DNA of 63,988 bases, counting the filler, from Octopus bimaculoides (Eukaryota): assembly GCF_001194135.2 (NCBI RefSeq). It is 8 parts of 7 records of this genome, joined end to end, with 100 filler letters (N's around TTAATTAATTAA, not from the genome) between each part and the next. Parts side by side here need not be neighbours in the genome. Positions count along the whole stretch, not along the records: positions 62,988 to 63,988 come from NC_069004.1; 7 more parts are not named here. The stretch is one strand, 5' to 3'. The translations under genes and the position numbers were made by a program. Each line of letters opens with the position of its first letter. Position 1 is the stretch's first letter. Of the stretch, positions 63,019 through 63,988 are shown one piece after another. The notes under the pieces are model-generated. The model made no database searches, had not been told where the DNA came from, and was given only the letters and a program-made list of their open reading frames with translations.

Positions 63019-63699
63019 TTGTATGTATGTATTTAGATACATATATACTCTTTACTTGTTTCAGTCATATGGATATATATATATATAAATTTATATGTAC
63101 AATTATACACACACATATATACACAAATATATGTATATATGTACACACATACATACATTCATACATGTGTATACATATGATGACATATATATATATATAT
63201 ATATATATATCGTCTTTAGCGTGTGTTTGCGTGTGTCTGTGTGTGTTTCGTTTGTATGTTTTGTCTGTGTGTCTGTATGTGTATGTGTGTGTTTGTTTCT
63301 TTTCCATACAATACGCTGTTCTGTAAATGTTGTATCTCAAGTGATGTTCTCCATTCTTAATACTCTGGCTTGTATTCCAGTTAGCATGCTTTCTTTTATA
63401 TTCACAATTGCTCAGCATTTATATCCATATAGCAATATGTTTTCTACAGCAGCAGCTAAAAGAAGAAGAAAAAAACTAACAACTTTGTAATTTGAAGTCA
63501 TTAAATTGATTTGTCTACCGTACTGCGGTCATCTTGTTCAACACAGATTATAGCAATTGAATTTCACTGTCTCGCAATGTGCTTTCTATCTACATTACAG
63601 GGAAAGTTTACCGTCATCATTTCACCGTGAATAAAGTTCACGGCAAGGAAAGTTCACTGTAAGGCAAGATTACCGAGAAAATATATCCATAGTATATAT

Positions 63700-63988
63700 T
63701 GTCAGTTAAAGTGACAACTTGCTGGGGCTACTAGCTGGAGCCTAGCAGCGGGAAGTTTAGACAGTGTCATGTGACAACTTTTGGGGCTGTCTGCTGGACC
63801 CTAGCAGCGGGAAATTTAGACAGTGTCACGTGACAACTTGCTGGGGCAGCCTGCTGGAGCCTAGCAGCAGGTATAAAAAGGAGAATTTGACAAGACAGTT
63901 AGTCGGACGCTGACACTCGTTGATGCTGCATCGAAGAGGCCAGGGAATAGAAGAAAGAAGACATGCATCCAACACCAGAGCTGAAGAC
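63700..63988 (+). mobile_element. probable LTR (U3 with tandem repeats and TATA box), cut by window edge
   Basis: Abrupt GC rise starting at TG (63700); ~60-bp unit repeated 2.7 times (63711, 63771, 63830), immediately followed by TATAAAA at 63872-63878. Confidence 0.55.

Noticed and set aside
63711-63871. Regular repeats here and at 31820-31875 considered as a CRISPR-like array
   Set aside because: Units are contiguous with no unique spacers, the context is eukaryotic, and there are no cas genes.

Overview
Eukaryotic, AT-rich, repeat-dense and gappy sequence. The repeat families and microsatellites look like a coleoid cephalopod (octopus-like); that assignment is an inference from recognition, not a search result. 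I found no intact, identifiable protein-coding gene, rRNA, true tRNA or CRISPR array. Almost all long ORFs in the supplied track come from N-gaps or simple repeats. The window is a patchwork: seven artificial 100-nt joins (44 N + TTAATTAATTAA + 44 N) and eleven ordinary N-gaps mean neighbouring blocks may not be contiguous. Recognisable content is mobile DNA. SINE-like families: three tRNA-headed families (labelled A, C, D here) and (GAT)n-tailed LINE 3'-end copies (B). LINEs: two R4/Dong-like RLE-type remnants, one Tx1/L1-like remnant and one RTE remnant. DNA transposons: a full-length dead mariner, a Tc1 IR/DR deletion derivative and piggyBac-type and other MITEs. A probable LTR sits at the right edge. 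The most interesting signals are three hammerhead-ribozyme motifs of the minimal Penelope-associated type: one with an intact core at 61.56 kb, one at 60.5 kb, and one fused behind a tRNA-derived head in a head-to-head inverted pair at 18.1-18.8 kb. The CpG-poor 14-37 kb block also holds decayed coding-like segments on the minus strand. Coordinates of decayed repeats are approximate, and all alignments and folds were done by eye.
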